From NCBI GenBank assembly GCA_963422645.2, contig CAXXVO010000004.1:480001-544000 (forward strand): DNA of 64,000 nt. The letters run 5' to 3'. The translations under genes and the position numbers were made by a program. The stretch comes from Alphaproteobacteria bacterium (GTDB lineage: Bacteria > Pseudomonadota > Alphaproteobacteria > UBA828). Of the stretch, positions 29,934 through 39,890 are shown in pieces; within the stretch, counting starts at the first letter, position 1, and every line of letters begins with the position of its first letter. The notes beneath the pieces are model-generated. The model was given only the letters and a program-made list of their open reading frames with translations, ran no database searches and was not told the origin of the DNA.

Positions 29934-31213
29934 GCGCCCATCAGGTCGCGCCACGCCTCGTGCTGAGCGCGCTGGCCGACCTCGCTGGAACGGGGGCCGA
30001 AGAACACCCCGCTGCCCTCGTCGATTTCGGCACCGAGGCCGCGTGCGACGAGCACCCAGTCAGTGCCCTGGGTCTGCAATCCCTCCTGGCAGCGCTCGAA
30101 CGCCTCCATGTCGTCGGACTGGATGAAGGAGGCGGCAGCGTGGGTGATGTTCACGAAGCGCACGAGGTCGTCCGAGATGCTATCCGGCGCGCCCACGAGG
30201 CGGACCGGCCAGACCTCGACCTCCGTGAAGTCCACCGCCACCGGGCGGATCACCCGCACCGATGTCTGTGCCAGCAGGATGTCGGAGCTGGGGAAGAAGG
30301 TCATGCTGTGGCGCCGGTTCTTGAGGATGTCCGTCGTGCGCTCCTCGCCGTGGCGTGCCACCAGGATCTCCCGGTAGTCGTCCCAGTGCCCGCCGGACTG
30401 CTCCTTGTCGAAGAGCGATGCCTCGGAGCTGTGCCGGCTGTTGAGGCCGCGCACGCCGGTCTGTGCCACGATGGCTTCGCCGTTGGGGGCGAAGAACGCC
30501 GCATCACCGCCTTCGTCGCCGGCGCGGCGCTTGAACTGCCGGCCGTCGGGGCCGACGGTGGACGCGTGGCAAACGGCGGGATGGTACATGTCCGCCAGGT
30601 TCTCGAGCTGCAGCTTCCAGTTGCCGCGATAATGGTAACGGTGGCAACCGGCGTTGAGCGCCACTTCGCCCTCGGGCGAGCGGTCCACGAGCTCGTCGAT
30701 GCCACGCCGGGCTTCCGCGAGATAGTCGAGCAGCGGCTCTACGTCCGGATTGAACGAGGCGAACACGAAGCCGCGATAACTCTCCACCCGCGGCAGCTGC
30801 GCCATGCCGAACTGCGGGTCCGCCAGCGGCTCCTCGGGGAAGTCCCCACGCATCGGCACGCCGGCGAGCGCGCCGTTCGGCCGGAAGCTCCAGCCGTGAT
30901 ACATGCAGGTGAAGACCTTGGCGTTGCCGCGCTCGCTGTTGAGTACCTTGGCACCGCGGTGGCCGCAGCGGTTGAAGAGCACGCAAATGCCGTCGTTCTT
31001 GTGCCGGCTCAGCACCACCGGCTGGCGGGCAAGGTGAGTGCAGTAGTAGTCGCCGGGGTTCGGCACCAGACTCTCGTGGCCGACGTAAAGCCAGACCCGG
31101 CGAAAGATCTTCTCCATCTCGATCTCGAAGATCGCCAGGTCGGTGTAAATGGCGCGGTGCACCCGGTCGGGCTGCACCATCCCTCGCAACTCTTCGCGCG
31201 TGTAGCCGGCCAT
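29930..31213 (-). CDS. Rieske ring-hydroxylating oxygenase alpha subunit
   Basis: NRCGHRG...CMYHGW Rieske motif; ENLADMYHPAVCH and DDMEAFE iron ligands. Confidence 0.93.
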   Translation of the reverse strand: MAGYTREELRGMVQPDRVHRAIYTDLAIFEIEMEKIFRRVWLYVGHESLVPNPGDYYCTHLARQPVVLSRHKNDGICVLFNRCGHRGAKVLNSERGNAKVFTCMYHGWSFRPNGALAGVPMRGDFPEEPLADPQFGMAQLPRVESYRGFVFASFNPDVEPLLDYLAEARRGIDELVDRSPEGEVALNAGCHRYHYRGNWKLQLENLADMYHPAVCHASTVGPDGRQFKRRAGDEGGDAAFFAPNGEAIVAQTGVRGLNSRHSSEASLFDKEQSGGHWDDYREILVARHGEERTTDILKNRRHSMTFFPSSDILLAQTSVRVIRPVAVDFTEVEVWPVRLVGAPDSISDDLVRFVNITHAAASFIQSDDMEAFERCQEGLQTQGTDWVLVARGLGAEIDEGSGVFFGPRSSEVGQRAQHEAWRDLMGA

Positions 31214-31296
31214 GGTTCCCTCCGCCTGGTGCCGACGCGGGAGCATCTTAGACCGGGCATGGCGCTGCCGGGAGTCAGCCGTCGGCGCCGCGGGCC

Positions 31297-32955
31297 TCAG
31301 TCGCCGAGCAACGGACCCTGCGCCCTGCGTGCTTCGGCGAAATTGTCGGCGAGACGGTGTGCGGCGCGGTAGGCGAGGGCCGAGATCGTGCTCGTCGGGT
31401 TGATGGCCGCGCCGGTCGCCATAACGCTGCCGTCGGTGATGTAGAGGTTGGGGCAGTCCCAGGTCTGGTGCCACTTGGTGACGACGGAGGTCTCGGGCTC
31501 GGCCCCCATGCGCGCGGTGCCGAGCAGGTGCCAGGCTGGCGGCGCGTAGACGCCGTTCGCATCGCGGAAGGGATTGACCTTGATGTCCCAGGCGCCCATC
31601 GCGCCCGCCAGTTCCGCAGCCCGGTCGATGCCGAAGCGCGCGAGCCGCGCGTCGTTCTGGCACATGCCGTAGGCGATGCGCGGCGCCGGCAGCCCAGACG
31701 AATCGACCGCGCTATCGGATAGGGTGACCCGGTTGTCGGGCCGCGGCAGGTCGTCGCCCACGATGAGAATACCGATGCCGTGCCCGAAGTGCCTGACGAA
31801 CCAGTCGTGATGCGCCTCGCCCCACGGCGCCGCGTTGCCGGAGTGCGAGCCCAGCGCCTGATAGCCCGCGCCGTTTTGCCGCACGATGTGGAGCGTGAAG
31901 CCGTTGACGAAGCCGCGTGCCGTGTCGCTCTCCGCAAATTCCTCGCAGATCGCGATGGCGGAGATCAGGCCCTTGTGCGCCTCGGTTGGCGCGTCGACCC
32001 AGCACTCCACCATGCCAAGCGTGTGGTGCATCAGGTTGCGGCCCACCTGATCGGAGCGGTTGGCGAGCCCCTTCGGATGCGTCGTGCTTTCCGAGAGCAG
32101 GAGCAGGCGCGGCGTGCCGACACCGTTGGCGGCGAGGACGATGACATCCGCCGTCTGGATATGACGCACGCCGGTGTTGCGCTCGACGTAGACGACGCCC
32201 GTGGCGCGGCCCGACGCGTCGGTCTCGATGCGCTCGACCCGGCTGTCCGTGCGAAGCTCGACTCCCGCCGCAAGCGCCTTGGGCCAGTGAGTCACAGCCA
32301 TGTCGTTGAGCGAGCCGCGCGGACAGCCGCTCTGGCAGGCGCCGCAGTTGTTGCAGGCGAGGCGGCCGTCGTATCCCTCCGCCAGAATGGCGCAGGGCAT
32401 GGGCCACCAGTGCCAGCCCAGCTTGTCGAAGCCGCGCGTCACGACCTCGCCCATGGCCCCGCGCGGGCCGGGCCCGGTCTGGAAGGGGCCGCGCGGCGGC
32501 ATCGCGGGATCGCCCGGCCAGCCGGAAACGCCGCAGGCTTCGTCCGCCATCTCGAAGTAGGGCGCGAGGTCCTCGTAGGAGATCGGCCAGTCCGGCGCGA
32601 GGCCGTGCTCGGTGCCCTTGCGGAAATCGGATGGGCGGTAGCGCGGCCAGGTGGCCGTGTAGATGCCGGTGGAGCCGCCGACGCCGTTCCACATCAGCGT
32701 CGTCTCGTCGGTGCTGTCCACCGGGTAGTCGTGCGGGTGCGCGCGCACGTTGACGGAGATCGACCAGTCGGTAGCGCGTCGCCATTCCCAGTCCCGGCCG
32801 AAGTGCGGGCGTTGGTCTGGCGGGAACCACGGGCCCTGCTCCAGGCAGACCACCCTGATGCCTTTCCTGGCCAGCACGGTAGCGGGAATGACGCCGCCGG
32901 GGCCGGAGCCGACGACAACCACGTCGGCATGATCGTGGGTCGTGCGCCCTGCCAT
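31297..32955 (-). CDS. GMC-family flavoprotein dehydrogenase with Cys cluster
   Basis: GSGPGG, GVGGST, DWPISYEDLAPY, CNNCGACQSGCP, HLLGTARMG. Confidence 0.88.
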   Translation of the reverse strand: MAGRTTHDHADVVVVGSGPGGVIPATVLARKGIRVVCLEQGPWFPPDQRPHFGRDWEWRRATDWSISVNVRAHPHDYPVDSTDETTLMWNGVGGSTGIYTATWPRYRPSDFRKGTEHGLAPDWPISYEDLAPYFEMADEACGVSGWPGDPAMPPRGPFQTGPGPRGAMGEVVTRGFDKLGWHWWPMPCAILAEGYDGRLACNNCGACQSGCPRGSLNDMAVTHWPKALAAGVELRTDSRVERIETDASGRATGVVYVERNTGVRHIQTADVIVLAANGVGTPRLLLLSESTTHPKGLANRSDQVGRNLMHHTLGMVECWVDAPTEAHKGLISAIAICEEFAESDTARGFVNGFTLHIVRQNGAGYQALGSHSGNAAPWGEAHHDWFVRHFGHGIGILIVGDDLPRPDNRVTLSDSAVDSSGLPAPRIAYGMCQNDARLARFGIDRAAELAGAMGAWDIKVNPFRDANGVYAPPAWHLLGTARMGAEPETSVVTKWHQTWDCPNLYITDGSVMATGAAINPTSTISALAYRAAHRLADNFAEARRAQGPLLGD

Positions 32956-32965
32956 GGCGATTGCC

Positions 32966-34045
<1,080 letters not shown>

Positions 34046-34054
34046 GGTTCGCCT

Positions 34055-34669
34055 CTATGTCCGGCCGTCTGCCGGGGCGGCGCCCGCCCGTCCGGCGGGC
34101 TTGCCGCCTGCGCCCCTGGCGATCGCACCACGGCCGCTCGCCACAGCGTCGTCCTGGGTGATCGTTTCCGACGCCAGCGGTTCGGACGGCAGGGGTGTGA
34201 GATCAAGGCGCATTACGTCCTCCGTCCGCACATAGCTCCCGCGCCGGTGCTGCGGCACCTGACGGGGATCGCTCTCGTCGAAGGGCGCCATGGCGTAGCC
34301 GGCGGGCTGCGGCGCATCGTTGTAGACATGGCCAAGCGAGCGGACGGCGCGCACTACGGCGGGGCTCTCGTAATAGGCGAGGTAGGCGATCATGCGCAGC
34401 GTCTCGAACTGCTCCGGGTGATCCGCCTCGAGGCGCCGCACGACGTCCTGCCCTTCCGCTGTGCTCAAAGCTGCTAGCGGCCCGCCACAGGCCTTGATTG
34501 TTTGCGCGAGATCGTCGAGCGCGGCCTCGCCCATTTGTGCCACCAGTCGATCCGCCACCACGCCGTGGGTGCCGGCATCGCTCGCGGCCGGGAAGCGCTC
34601 GTCCCCCGGCAGCAGCACGTCCACCAACTCTCTCAGCGTGGCTGCGATTTCAGCGGGCTTGGTCGCCAT
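34055..34669 (-). CDS. Gluconate 2-dehydrogenase subunit 3-like protein
   Basis: LVDVLLPGD..FPAASDAG ... AYYESP...LG pattern; in an operon with the GMC flavoprotein. Confidence 0.65.
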   Translation of the reverse strand: MATKPAEIAATLRELVDVLLPGDERFPAASDAGTHGVVADRLVAQMGEAALDDLAQTIKACGGPLAALSTAEGQDVVRRLEADHPEQFETLRMIAYLAYYESPAVVRAVRSLGHVYNDAPQPAGYAMAPFDESDPRQVPQHRRGSYVRTEDVMRLDLTPLPSEPLASETITQDDAVASGRGAIARGAGGKPAGRAGAAPADGRT

Positions 34670-34671
34670 CG

Positions 34672-35538
34672 CTATCTCGAGCTCCCTGCCGTCAAGCCGC
34701 GGATGAGCCAGCGTTGGAAGAACATCGCCAGCAGATAGACCGGCACGATGCCGATCAGAGACGCCACCGACATCTGGCCGTAGCGAAGTTGCCGGTCGCC
34801 CTGATAGAGCGAGAGGCCGACCGGCAGGGTCTGCGTGCTTTCGCTCCGGGTCAGGAATGAGGCGAGGAGGAACTCGTTGTAGGCCAGGATCAGGCAAATG
34901 ATGCCGGTGCTGATAATGCCCGGCATGAGCAACGGAACCGTGATGCGGAAGAGCACGGAGCCGTAGCCCGCGCCGTCGATCCGCGCGGCATCTTCCAACT
35001 CCTCCGGCAGGCGGCGGACGAAGCTCGAGAGCAGCCAGAACGCGACCGGCAGGTTCATGACGCCGTAGACCAAGGCCATGCCGAAGAGCGAGTTCAGCAG
35101 CCCGATCGAACGCAGAAGGAAGAAGAGGGGGAAGAGCGCCACGATGGGCGGCGCCACATAGGTCGCAAGGATGAAGGCCGGCAGAAACTTGCCGCCGATG
35201 CGGTAGCGCACGATGGCGTGCGTCGCAGGCACCGCGATGACCAGCGTCACCAACGCGCCCAGCGAAGCGGCGACGATCGAGTTGCGCAGGTAGGTGCCGA
35301 CGGCGACGGAGTCCCATGCGTCCGGGTAGTTCTGCCAGAACCACTGCTCCGGAATGAAGCCGCCGTTCGCAATATCCGGCTGCGTCTTAAACGAGACCAT
35401 AAACATGAAGATCATGGGGAAGATGAAGAAGAGCACCACCGCAGCGGTCCCGGTCCAGCGGGCGAGGGTCCAGAGATCGACCGGCGCCTCCGAGAGCCAG
35501 GTGCCGCCATCGAATTTTCTGACGCGGGCGGCTCTCAC
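34672..35538 (-). CDS. Carbohydrate ABC permease (MalG-like)
   Basis: EELEDAARIDGA EAA loop, YNEFL; GTG start overlaps the upstream stop. Confidence 0.9.
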   Translation of the reverse strand: MRAARVRKFDGGTWLSEAPVDLWTLARWTGTAAVVLFFIFPMIFMFMVSFKTQPDIANGGFIPEQWFWQNYPDAWDSVAVGTYLRNSIVAASLGALVTLVIAVPATHAIVRYRIGGKFLPAFILATYVAPPIVALFPLFFLLRSIGLLNSLFGMALVYGVMNLPVAFWLLSSFVRRLPEELEDAARIDGAGYGSVLFRITVPLLMPGIISTGIICLILAYNEFLLASFLTRSESTQTLPVGLSLYQGDRQLRYGQMSVASLIGIVPVYLLAMFFQRWLIRGLTAGSSR

Positions 35539-36491
35539 GAGAGCCTCTTCTCTGCGATGTCGTGCGCGGTGGTGAAGGGGATGGTGACGAGGCCGACCAC
35601 CACCGCGAACATGAGCGTCTGCGCCGCCGCGGCGCCGATGTCGAATTGCTGGATCGCGACCCGGTAGATGTAGAAGCTCGAAACGGTCGTCGCCTGGCCC
35701 GGCCCGCCGCCGGTCAGCACGAAGACGAGATCGAAGACCTTGAAGGCGATGACGAGCTTGAGAACTGCGATGGCGAGCAGCGCCGGCGCCAACATCGGCA
35801 GCGTGATGGACCAGAACATCGCGGGTCCTGACGCGCCGTCGAGCTTTGCCGCCTCGTAGATGTCTTCCGGCAGGGTCTGCAGCGCGGCGTAGGTCATCAG
35901 CGCGATGAAGGGTGTCCACTGCCACACGTCCGCGAGACACACGAAGGGGAACGCCATGGCGGGCGAGCCCAGGAAACTCACCGGCTGGCTGAAGATCGCC
36001 ATGTCCATGAGGAAGCTGTTGAGCCAGCCGCCCTTGGGCATCAGCAGCAGTTGCCACATGACGGCAACGGTGATCGGCGGTGTCATCAGCGGCAAAAGAA
36101 TCAGCGTGCGCAGGATCTGCCGGCCCTTCACGGCGCGGTCGATGAGAAGGGCCACGCAAACGCCGAGGATGACCGACGCCAGCGTCGTCATCAGCGCGAA
36201 TATGGCGGAGCGGAGCAGGGAGGAGGTGAACTTCGCTTGGTTGATGGCGTCCGTGTAGTGCTCGGCGCCGACCCATCCCCGGAACAGCGTGCCGAGATTG
36301 GAATCGGAGAAGGAGAGGAAGATCAGGTAGATGAAGGGATAGACGGCGAAGACGATCAAGCCGCCGATCAGCGGCATGACCACCGCCCAGCCGATCGTCT
36401 TCCGCCGGTCGAGGGTGAGCGCGCTGGCCCAGCGCCTGCCTGCCTGCGGCTCTTCGCGCGTGCGCTGCGGCGTGGTGTCCAGCTCAGTCAT
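35535..36491 (-). CDS. Carbohydrate ABC permease (MalF-like)
   Basis: DVWQWTPF, YEAAKLDGA, LTGGGPG. Confidence 0.92.
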   Translation of the reverse strand: MTELDTTPQRTREEPQAGRRWASALTLDRRKTIGWAVVMPLIGGLIVFAVYPFIYLIFLSFSDSNLGTLFRGWVGAEHYTDAINQAKFTSSLLRSAIFALMTTLASVILGVCVALLIDRAVKGRQILRTLILLPLMTPPITVAVMWQLLLMPKGGWLNSFLMDMAIFSQPVSFLGSPAMAFPFVCLADVWQWTPFIALMTYAALQTLPEDIYEAAKLDGASGPAMFWSITLPMLAPALLAIAVLKLVIAFKVFDLVFVLTGGGPGQATTVSSFYIYRVAIQQFDIGAAAAQTLMFAVVVGLVTIPFTTAHDIAEKRLS

Positions 36492-36500
36492 AGCGGGGAG

Positions 36501-36548
36501 ACCGGGCGGCCGCAGCCAGGGTCGCCCCTGTGCATGCGGCCGCCCGGT
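36501..36548 (-). terminator. Intercistronic stem-loop after the binding-protein gene
   Basis: ACCGGGCGGCCGCA...TGCGGCCGCCCGGT perfect stem. Confidence 0.6.
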
Positions 36549-36559
36549 TCATGGCTATG

Positions 36560-37891
36560 CTAGCCGAGAATGTCCTCCCAGCTGGCCTGGGCGTCGCCCA
36601 TGGCCTGCTCGACGGTCTTGTCGCCGGCCATCATCGAGCCAAGCTCGTCCGTGAGCGACTGCATGAGCTTGGGCGATTCCGGCTTCGTCGGCCAGGCGAA
36701 GGCGTCGTCGATGGCCTGCTCCACGGCGTCCGCCTGCAGCGGCGCGAAGTCACGGTAGGCGGGCATCGCCGAGCGCCGGGTCGGGTCGACGCCGGTCGTG
36801 TTGTCGGTGAGCACGCGCACGTGGAAGTCCTTGCTCGACGACATGCGCACGAACTCCCACGCCATCTCCGGATTGTGCGAGCCCGACGAGACGCCAAAGG
36901 ACCAGCCCGCGTTCATCGCCGGCCGGTTGACCGTGTTGCTGCCTGCGACAGGCATCGGCACGACGCCCCACTTGTCGACGATCTGGCTCTGGTTGGCGTC
37001 CTGCGCCCAGGTCCCGAGATCGGTCCAGAACTCGATCATGGCGGCGCCGCCGCTCAGGAATACCGGGATCGAGTTGCCGAACTCGGTCTCGAGCGGTGTC
37101 GGCACCGCGGAGGGGCCGGCATCCAGCATGGTCTGCGCGGCGCCGATCGCGGCATCGCTGGTCAGCGCCGGCGCGCCGTTGGCGTCGAGGAAGTTACCGC
37201 CGTAGCCGCCCAGCCGGTTCGCGTAGGTCGAGCAGAGGATGATCGGGAACTGCTTGCACATGAGGAGCGCGCCGTAGACGCCGTTGGCGGCCTCCGCATC
37301 CGTCACCGCCTTGGCAACGGCGTTGTACTCGTCCCAGGTCGCCGGCGGCTGTAGCCCGTTCCGGTCGAGAATCTCCCTGTTGTAGAAGAGGACGTGCGTA
37401 TCGCCGTCGTAGGGCAGGCCGTAGCGGCGGCCGTCCACCAGGGTATAGGCGTCGTAGAGCGCGCCCAGGAAGTCGGCGGGGTCGATGTCGGCTTCCTCCG
37501 CCGCAATGCGGTCGGTGATGTCGGCGAGCACGCCGTCACGCACCAACGCCTCCTTGTCGACGTACCAGTACTGGAAGACGTCGATCTCGTTGATGCCGGA
37601 CATGACGTCGAGCGTCGACTGCGCGGTGATCTGGTCGTAGGGGACCTTCACCCCTTCAACCGTGGCGCCGGTCAACTCGGTGAAGCCTTCCGAGAGCGGC
37701 TTGATCGAGCCTGCGTGCGGATTGATGATCATGAAGCGCAGGGTCTCGCCGGACCAGTCCGACGCCTGTGCGCGCGATGCAAACGCGCCTGAGCCTGCTG
37801 CGGTCAGCGCGGCCGCGCCTGCCGCCGTACCCTTAAGAAAAGACCGCCGGGAGAGCGGCGCTTTCGGCCAAGTCGTTCCGTGGTCGGCCAT
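36560..37891 (-). CDS. Tat-exported carbohydrate ABC substrate-binding protein
   Basis: SRRSFLK twin-arginine signal; YGLPYDGD, PPATWDE. Confidence 0.9.
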   Translation of the reverse strand: MADHGTTWPKAPLSRRSFLKGTAAGAAALTAAGSGAFASRAQASDWSGETLRFMIINPHAGSIKPLSEGFTELTGATVEGVKVPYDQITAQSTLDVMSGINEIDVFQYWYVDKEALVRDGVLADITDRIAAEEADIDPADFLGALYDAYTLVDGRRYGLPYDGDTHVLFYNREILDRNGLQPPATWDEYNAVAKAVTDAEAANGVYGALLMCKQFPIILCSTYANRLGGYGGNFLDANGAPALTSDAAIGAAQTMLDAGPSAVPTPLETEFGNSIPVFLSGGAAMIEFWTDLGTWAQDANQSQIVDKWGVVPMPVAGSNTVNRPAMNAGWSFGVSSGSHNPEMAWEFVRMSSSKDFHVRVLTDNTTGVDPTRRSAMPAYRDFAPLQADAVEQAIDDAFAWPTKPESPKLMQSLTDELGSMMAGDKTVEQAMGDAQASWEDILG

Positions 37892-38046
37892 CGATTGAAT
37901 CCTCCTCGTGAGCCGTGTTCGGATGTGCTGCCAACATGGAATCGCCTTGCTTCCCTGAATAGGGGATGCACGCGCGCCCATCAACTCTAAAGAGCGAAAC
38001 CACACATGCCCGAAGGCGCGGGACCGAATGACTGTGATAGTCTGCC

Positions 38047-38075
38047 TTGACGTATTTGCGAAAGTTTCGTGAATA
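38047..38075. promoter_or_regulatory. Palindromic operator next to TTGACG in the divergent promoter region
   Basis: TATTTGCGAAA-G-TTTCGTGAATA (9/11 inverted match) at 38053-38075. Confidence 0.5.
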
Positions 38076-38134
38076 TCCCTTCCGACCGCGCAGAAGAATG
38101 CGGTGACAGCATCCATCACCGGGAACGGCAATCG

Positions 38135-39748
38135 ATGGGCGAGGGAGACGGTGGCGCGGGCTCGGCCGCCGCTGAGAGCGGCCCCTCGCTCGAGGTCGAG
38201 CTGACGCTTGGCGGCGATCCCGCTGCCCTTGATCGCGGCTGGCGCGCGGCAGTCTCCGCCAATGGAGGAGAAAGCGCGCAGCGGCTACGAAGCACCTACT
38301 TCGACACCGGCGATTTCCGCCTGCGTCGGCGCGGCTTCACGCTGCGCATCCGCGAAGACGGCGAAGGGCTGGTCCAGACCCTGAAGTCGGATGGGCCTTC
38401 TTCAGCCGCTGCCGTGCTCAAGCGCAACGAGTGGACGCGCACGGTCAAGCAGCCGGTGCCGAGCCTCCCAGTCGCGCCCGATCCGGCAATTCGCGATGCG
38501 GTGGGGCCCATAGGGCCAGCGGAGTTGGCGCCGGCGTTCTCCACCGATGTCATTCGGCGGACCGCCATGGTCGAGATTGCCGCGCCGGATGACGGAAGAG
38601 CTCTGATCGAACTCGCTCTCGACAGCGGGGAGATCAAGGCGCGTGACAAGTGCGACACCGTCTCCGAGCTGGAGCTGGAGCTGATTGAGGGGCCAACGAG
38701 TGCGCTCTATGAGCTCGCCATGAGGCTGCATGCCTCGGCGCCGCTCCGCATACAGACGGCGAGCAAGGCCAAGCGAGGCTATGTCCTTGCCGGCGGCGAG
38801 GGCTACGCCGGCTACAAGGCGCCGGCGCTCGCATTTGCGCAGGGCATCTCCGTAAACGAGGCCCTGGGCAAGATCTTTCGCGCGTGTGCCAATCAGTGTG
38901 CGGCGAATCACGATGCGGTGCTGGACCGCAGCGATCCGGAAGGAGTGCACCAGTTTCGCGTTGCATTGCGCCGGATGCGTTCGGCCCTCGTGGTCTTCAA
39001 GACAGTTCTTCCGCGCGGGCATACTGCCTGGCTGGAGCGGGACGCGAGCCGTCTCATCGACGTGCTAGGCCCGGCGCGCGATTGGGACGTATTCATTACC
39101 GAGACTCTCGTGACCGTTCGGGCTGCCCGGCCGGACGACGAGGCACTTGAGCGTCTTGTCGAAGCCGCCGAGGTGGAGCGCGCCCGGGCCTACGAGCAGG
39201 CAGAGGCGCTGCGCGCGCCCGACTACACGGAATTCCTGCTTCGCTTCGGCCGGTGGATAGAGACGGCGGGCTGGCGCGAAGAGGCGAACCACGCCGTGCT
39301 CGATCAGCCGCTCGCGAATCTTGGGGGATGCCTGCTCGACAAGCGCCACAAGCGCGTACTGAAGCGCGGTCGGGAATTCGAGCAGCTGTCGGACGCCGAC
39401 CTGCACCGGCTCAGAATCTCGCTGAAGAAGCTGCGTTACGCGGGCGAGTTCTTCGCGGCCCAGTTCCCCGACGGCAAGCCGCGTCCCTACATCAAGGCGT
39501 TGCGTCGGCTGCAGGACGACCTCGGCCAGCTCAACGACGCCGCCGTCGCCGAGAGCTGCTTGAAGACGCTGCTGGACACCCAGCGTGGAAGCAGCCATCT
39601 CGCTGCACTTGGTGTGGGCGCAGGGCAGGTGATCGGTTGGCACGCTCGAGCACGCGAGGAAACCCGAAGCCGGATCACCGAGGATTGGCACGAATTTTCT
39701 GCCACCGAGCCCTATTGGCGCGCTGGCGCGAGCGAGTTGCACGGCTGA
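38135..39748 (+). CDS. CYTH-CHAD domain protein (polyphosphate-related)
   Basis: EVEL, STYFDT, LRIR, ELELEL; HQFRVALRRMRS, LHRLRISLKKLRY, LQDDLGQLND. Confidence 0.9.
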   Translation: MGEGDGGAGSAAAESGPSLEVELTLGGDPAALDRGWRAAVSANGGESAQRLRSTYFDTGDFRLRRRGFTLRIREDGEGLVQTLKSDGPSSAAAVLKRNEWTRTVKQPVPSLPVAPDPAIRDAVGPIGPAELAPAFSTDVIRRTAMVEIAAPDDGRALIELALDSGEIKARDKCDTVSELELELIEGPTSALYELAMRLHASAPLRIQTASKAKRGYVLAGGEGYAGYKAPALAFAQGISVNEALGKIFRACANQCAANHDAVLDRSDPEGVHQFRVALRRMRSALVVFKTVLPRGHTAWLERDASRLIDVLGPARDWDVFITETLVTVRAARPDDEALERLVEAAEVERARAYEQAEALRAPDYTEFLLRFGRWIETAGWREEANHAVLDQPLANLGGCLLDKRHKRVLKRGREFEQLSDADLHRLRISLKKLRYAGEFFAAQFPDGKPRPYIKALRRLQDDLGQLNDAAVAESCLKTLLDTQRGSSHLAALGVGAGQVIGWHARAREETRSRITEDWHEFSATEPYWRAGASELHG

Positions 39749-39890
39749 CCCTGTCGGAATCCGAAGCATCCGCGTCGCATCAAGGCCGATATTCGCGAGC
39801 CCTCTAATGCTATGACCGGTGGGGAGGAGAGGTAGGGCGGCCCTTTAGGGATACCCACGCCGTCTCTCTCTAAACCGGGAGAGTTCCGTC

